64,000 nucleotides of DNA from an uncultured Syntrophaceae bacterium (lineage in GTDB: Bacteria; Desulfobacterota; Syntrophia; Syntrophales; UBA2185): positions 6,011-70,010 of the forward strand of contig CAZMBE010000012.1 in assembly GCA_964564625.1 (NCBI GenBank), written 5' to 3'. Made by a program: the position numbers and the translations under genes. Within the stretch, counting starts at the first letter, position 1, and each line of letters begins with the position of its first letter. The notes beneath the pieces were generated by a model, which saw only the letters and a program-made list of their open reading frames with translations, was not told where the DNA came from and searched no databases. Positions 60,937 through 64,000 of the stretch are shown here, piece by piece.

Positions 60937-62468
60937 GTAAATTTACCATAGTGATAGTACTTTTACTTCCGATTCTTTCCATATGCTTGATATCTTGTAA
61001 TAGCAGCACTCTCGATATTAAAAGGGAAATCCAGATACCCCCGGAAGCCAAAACAACGAAAGGCGCTGATTTTACCACTGTCGCTCCCGTGAAAACACCT
61101 GATTTCGTTCCTGTGCATGAAGACATATCACCACTTAAGACGCGAATTGTTGACATCTCCGCAAGGAATACCCCTCTGAGGGATGTCCTCTTTATCATAT
61201 CAGAAGCAACAGACCTAAACCTGATTATGGAAAAAGAGATAGCGCCCGAACTCCCCATAACCCTTACTTTAAAAAATGTCACCGCAGAAGAGGCCCTGAA
61301 CAGAGTTTGCGCTTCCGTCGACTATTACTACACGGTACAGGATAACATGTTATATATAAAAGCCACCACCACCAGGACATACGAACTTGGGATTCCCGCC
61401 ATTATACAAACCTATCACACAGACCTGGGTGGCGACATGCTTGGCGGCGCTGTTGCGGGGACGAGTGGAAGCACCACAGTGAAAGGTAATATTTCACAAA
61501 AAGCGGAGATCGATAAATCTGCCTACAACTTCTGGGATGTTATTGAGAAATCCCTGGAGAAAATCATTGGCGCCTCGGCAGGATCATATTCCACCTCGCC
61601 ACAGACTCTCACGGTCAACAGGATGACAGGAACCATCATTGTCACCGCCACAAAAAAAGACATTGAAAAAGTTGAACACTATCTTACTACGATAAAAAAA
61701 GTCATGAACAGGCAGGTTCTGGTGGAAGCAAAGATTATTGAGGTTAACCTCTCTGACGGTCTGCAATTTGGGATTGACTGGAGTTTTGTCTTAAATACCG
61801 GTGACGGCCAAAGCGCCACCTTCTCAACACAAAAATTTGCCGATATAGTTTCCACGGCAAATCCCAATTTCAGCATCACCACCGTAGCTTCTGATTTTGC
61901 TTCCCTGCTGAGAGCCATACAAACACAGGGAGAGACAAGAATCCTCTCTAACCCGCGAGTAAGCATCATGAATGGGCAGACAGCGCTCCTCAGTGTAGGG
62001 CAGGACAGAAATTATATTTCCAAAATTGAAACAACTACCACTGCGGGTACCACACCCATAACCACTTTTACGGTAAACACAAGCAGCCTTCTTTCCGGCA
62101 TTATGATTGGAATCGTACCGTTTATCAGCGAAAGCGGCGAGATATCCCTCAATATTACTCCCATTACTTCAGACCTCGTCAAGATCGATTCGCAGAAGCT
62201 CGGCACACCCGATACTGCAGGCAATTATCCCTATCTTATTCAACTTCCTACAATAAACCTTCGACAAATGAATACGACGGTAAAAGTGAGAAACGGACAT
62301 ATGGTCATTATAGGGGGGCTGATCTCCAACCGGGAAGAATTCTCAGACAGCCAAATACCATTTTTGGGAGATATTCCCATGTTAGGTTACTTGTTTAAAA
62401 GCAGGTCAAAGACGGTGACGAAAACAGAACTGGTTGTATTACTTCAGCCCGTGATTATTTCCAAGTAA
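60918..62468 (+). CDS. MshL-type secretin lipoprotein
   Basis: Lipobox LISC; STN domain, RQVLVEAKIIEV, GIDW, ILSNPRV..MNGQTA, IPFLGDIPMLGYLFKS, TELVVLLQP. Confidence 0.9.
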   Translation: MAEFRLSKFTIVIVLLLPILSICLISCNSSTLDIKREIQIPPEAKTTKGADFTTVAPVKTPDFVPVHEDISPLKTRIVDISARNTPLRDVLFIISEATDLNLIMEKEIAPELPITLTLKNVTAEEALNRVCASVDYYYTVQDNMLYIKATTTRTYELGIPAIIQTYHTDLGGDMLGGAVAGTSGSTTVKGNISQKAEIDKSAYNFWDVIEKSLEKIIGASAGSYSTSPQTLTVNRMTGTIIVTATKKDIEKVEHYLTTIKKVMNRQVLVEAKIIEVNLSDGLQFGIDWSFVLNTGDGQSATFSTQKFADIVSTANPNFSITTVASDFASLLRAIQTQGETRILSNPRVSIMNGQTALLSVGQDRNYISKIETTTTAGTTPITTFTVNTSSLLSGIMIGIVPFISESGEISLNITPITSDLVKIDSQKLGTPDTAGNYPYLIQLPTINLRQMNTTVKVRNGHMVIIGGLISNREEFSDSQIPFLGDIPMLGYLFKSRSKTVTKTELVVLLQPVIISK

Positions 62469-62508
62469 AGGAATAATAGTTACATCCGGAACATTTGCTA
62501 TTTTCTGC

Positions 62509-62575
62509 AGGGGTGAAGGGGCCAGGGTTTCCAGTATTTAAAATATTCACTCGAACCCTCGAACCCTTGAATCCT
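62509..62575. repeat. REP-like palindromic element, copy 2
   Basis: Degenerate left arm AGGGGTGAAGGGGCCAGGGTTTCCAGT, AT spacer, right arm TCACTCGAACCCTCGAACCCTTGAATCCT with 8-nt periodicity. Confidence 0.6.
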
Positions 62576-62626
62576 GCTACAACCAAACAGAAGAATCACA
62601 TAAAATACATTGGGGATGAAAGACAT

Positions 62627-64000
62627 ATGGCAATAGTAAAGATTGGGGAAATCCTTCAGTCAAAAAGTCTCATCAATAATAACCAGCTTCAGATTGCGCT
62701 CATCCAGCAGAAAATTACCGGCGAACTTCTTGGTGACACGGTTGTAAAACTCGGTTTTGTATCATCGAAAGAACTCGGTCAGGCCTTGGCTGAGCAGGCG
62801 GGTGTGGACTATATTGACCTAAGCCAGCACCCCGTCTCTGAAGAGGCCCTGAAAGTAATTCCAAAAGAAACAGCAGAAGCGACAAGCTTTATTCCCATCG
62901 AACTAACGGGCAGCAGGATGAGTATAGGCGTCATTGACCCAAGCAACATTATCGCTATTGACAAGGTGACATCGATTACCAAGACTCAGCCGAAAGTCTA
63001 TATGGTGGACCCCGATAATTTCCGCGAGTCTCTGGAGAAGGGCTATTTTTTTCTTGAGAATCCAATTCAGCAGGGCCGAGACAAAATCATTGCAGATATC
63101 AAAGAGACAAAAACAGCAGGCGGTCCCGTGGTAACATCCTTAACAGACCTTATCTTTATTGACGGAATCAGAAGAAACGCGACAGATATACACATTTCAC
63201 CATCGTCGGATATTGTACACATATTCTACAGGATTGACGGAGTATTGCAATACGGGCATGGCCTTCCCCGGCTCTCTCACGCGGGAATCGTATCAAGAAT
63301 TAAAATCCTCTCTAAACTCGATATCGCGGAAACACGTCTTCCGCAGGACGGTTCCTTTACATTCGACTTTCTCCAGAAGGGCTACGACATCCGTGTATCA
63401 ACCGTGCCTACCATATACGGCGAAAACGTGGTGATGCGCATTCTCGCGGGTACCGGCCCCCTTCTCAGAATCGACAAGCTCGGCTTTGATGAACAGAATG
63501 TAAAAACAATCAAGTCACTGTTTCAAAAGCCGTACGGTGTCATTCTTATTGCCGGTCCAACCGGTTCCGGGAAAACAACAACATTGTATGCAGCCCTCAG
63601 AGAACTCAATCTACTGGAAAGAAATGTCATTACCGTAGAGGATCCCGTTGAATACAAATTAAGCCTCATAAAACAAAGCCAGGTGAATGAAAAGACCGGA
63701 TATAATTTTGCCTTTGCGGCAAGAAATTTTATGAGGCAGGATCCGGATGTCATGCTCATAGGAGAGATAAGGGATGAAGAAACAGCAAAAATTGCTGTGC
63801 GTACATCCATTACGGGACACCTTGTTCTTTCCACCATCCATTCAAATGACGCAGTGACTTCTATCCCCCGGCTTCTGGATTTGAAGGTTGACAAATTTCT
63901 CGTATCCTCGTCATTGCTGGCTATTATTGCCCAGAGGCTGGCCAGGAAGATATGCCAGTTTTGCTCGCAAGAGCATACTCTCAGTGATGAAGAGCATAAA
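62627..64000 (+). CDS. GspE/PilB/MshE-family assembly ATPase with N-terminal MshEN domain (3' truncated by window)
   Basis: Own translation from ATG 62627: KIGEILQSKSLI..QLQIALIQQ..LLGDTVVKLGFV..ELGQALAEQ; ATDIHISP, RIDGVL, LDIAETRLPQDG, GPTGSGKTTTLY, VEDPVEY, RQDPDVMLIGEIRD, AQRLARKICQFC; open to window end. Confidence 0.94.
   Translation, partial: MAIVKIGEILQSKSLINNNQLQIALIQQKITGELLGDTVVKLGFVSSKELGQALAEQAGVDYIDLSQHPVSEEALKVIPKETAEATSFIPIELTGSRMSIGVIDPSNIIAIDKVTSITKTQPKVYMVDPDNFRESLEKGYFFLENPIQQGRDKIIADIKETKTAGGPVVTSLTDLIFIDGIRRNATDIHISPSSDIVHIFYRIDGVLQYGHGLPRLSHAGIVSRIKILSKLDIAETRLPQDGSFTFDFLQKGYDIRVSTVPTIYGENVVMRILAGTGPLLRIDKLGFDEQNVKTIKSLFQKPYGVILIAGPTGSGKTTTLYAALRELNLLERNVITVEDPVEYKLSLIKQSQVNEKTGYNFAFAARNFMRQDPDVMLIGEIRDEETAKIAVRTSITGHLVLSTIHSNDAVTSIPRLLDLKVDKFLVSSSLLAIIAQRLARKICQFCSQEHTLSDEEHK

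Overview
A 64-kb bacterial chromosomal segment. Gene content and synteny suggest an anaerobic Desulfobacterota/Syntrophales-type deltaproteobacterium (inference). In order: (1) a four-subunit NAD(P)-linked formate dehydrogenase operon (NuoE-like, thioredoxin-like 2Fe-2S, a NuoF-GltD fusion and a selenocysteine FdhA read through UGA at 5267), followed by an OFA/MCT-type carboxylate transporter, a ferritin-like protein and a gamma-carbonic anhydrase; (2) a 4xLysM amidase and metF; (3) housekeeping blocks: tRNA-Arg, rpsF-rpsR-yybS-rplI-dnaB; rpoH; DAC(DacZ-type)-clpB-htpX; ispE-tRNA-Gln-prs-rplY-pth-ychF; (4) a GAF-domain sigma54 activator next to three enhancer-like palindromes and a -24/-12 promoter that appear to drive a ~550-nt transcript with a structured leader, an 85-aa orphan ORF and a terminal three-hairpin cassette exposing anti-Shine-Dalgarno loops (the most novel-looking element); (5) an EF-G paralog, GerMN, HD, LysM, PP-loop thiouridylase and DUF4301 genes; (6) PP2C-FHA genes preceded by an internally deleted Ser/Thr kinase remnant; (7) TetR-TolC-MFP-RND efflux and znuACB; (8) a PilZ/HDOD/hybrid kinase/Hpt signalling cluster divergent from an MSHA-like type IV pilus/T2SS operon cut off at the window end. 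No CRISPR array, rRNA, integrase or intact transposase was seen. All family assignments come from motif recognition by eye; no database search was run.
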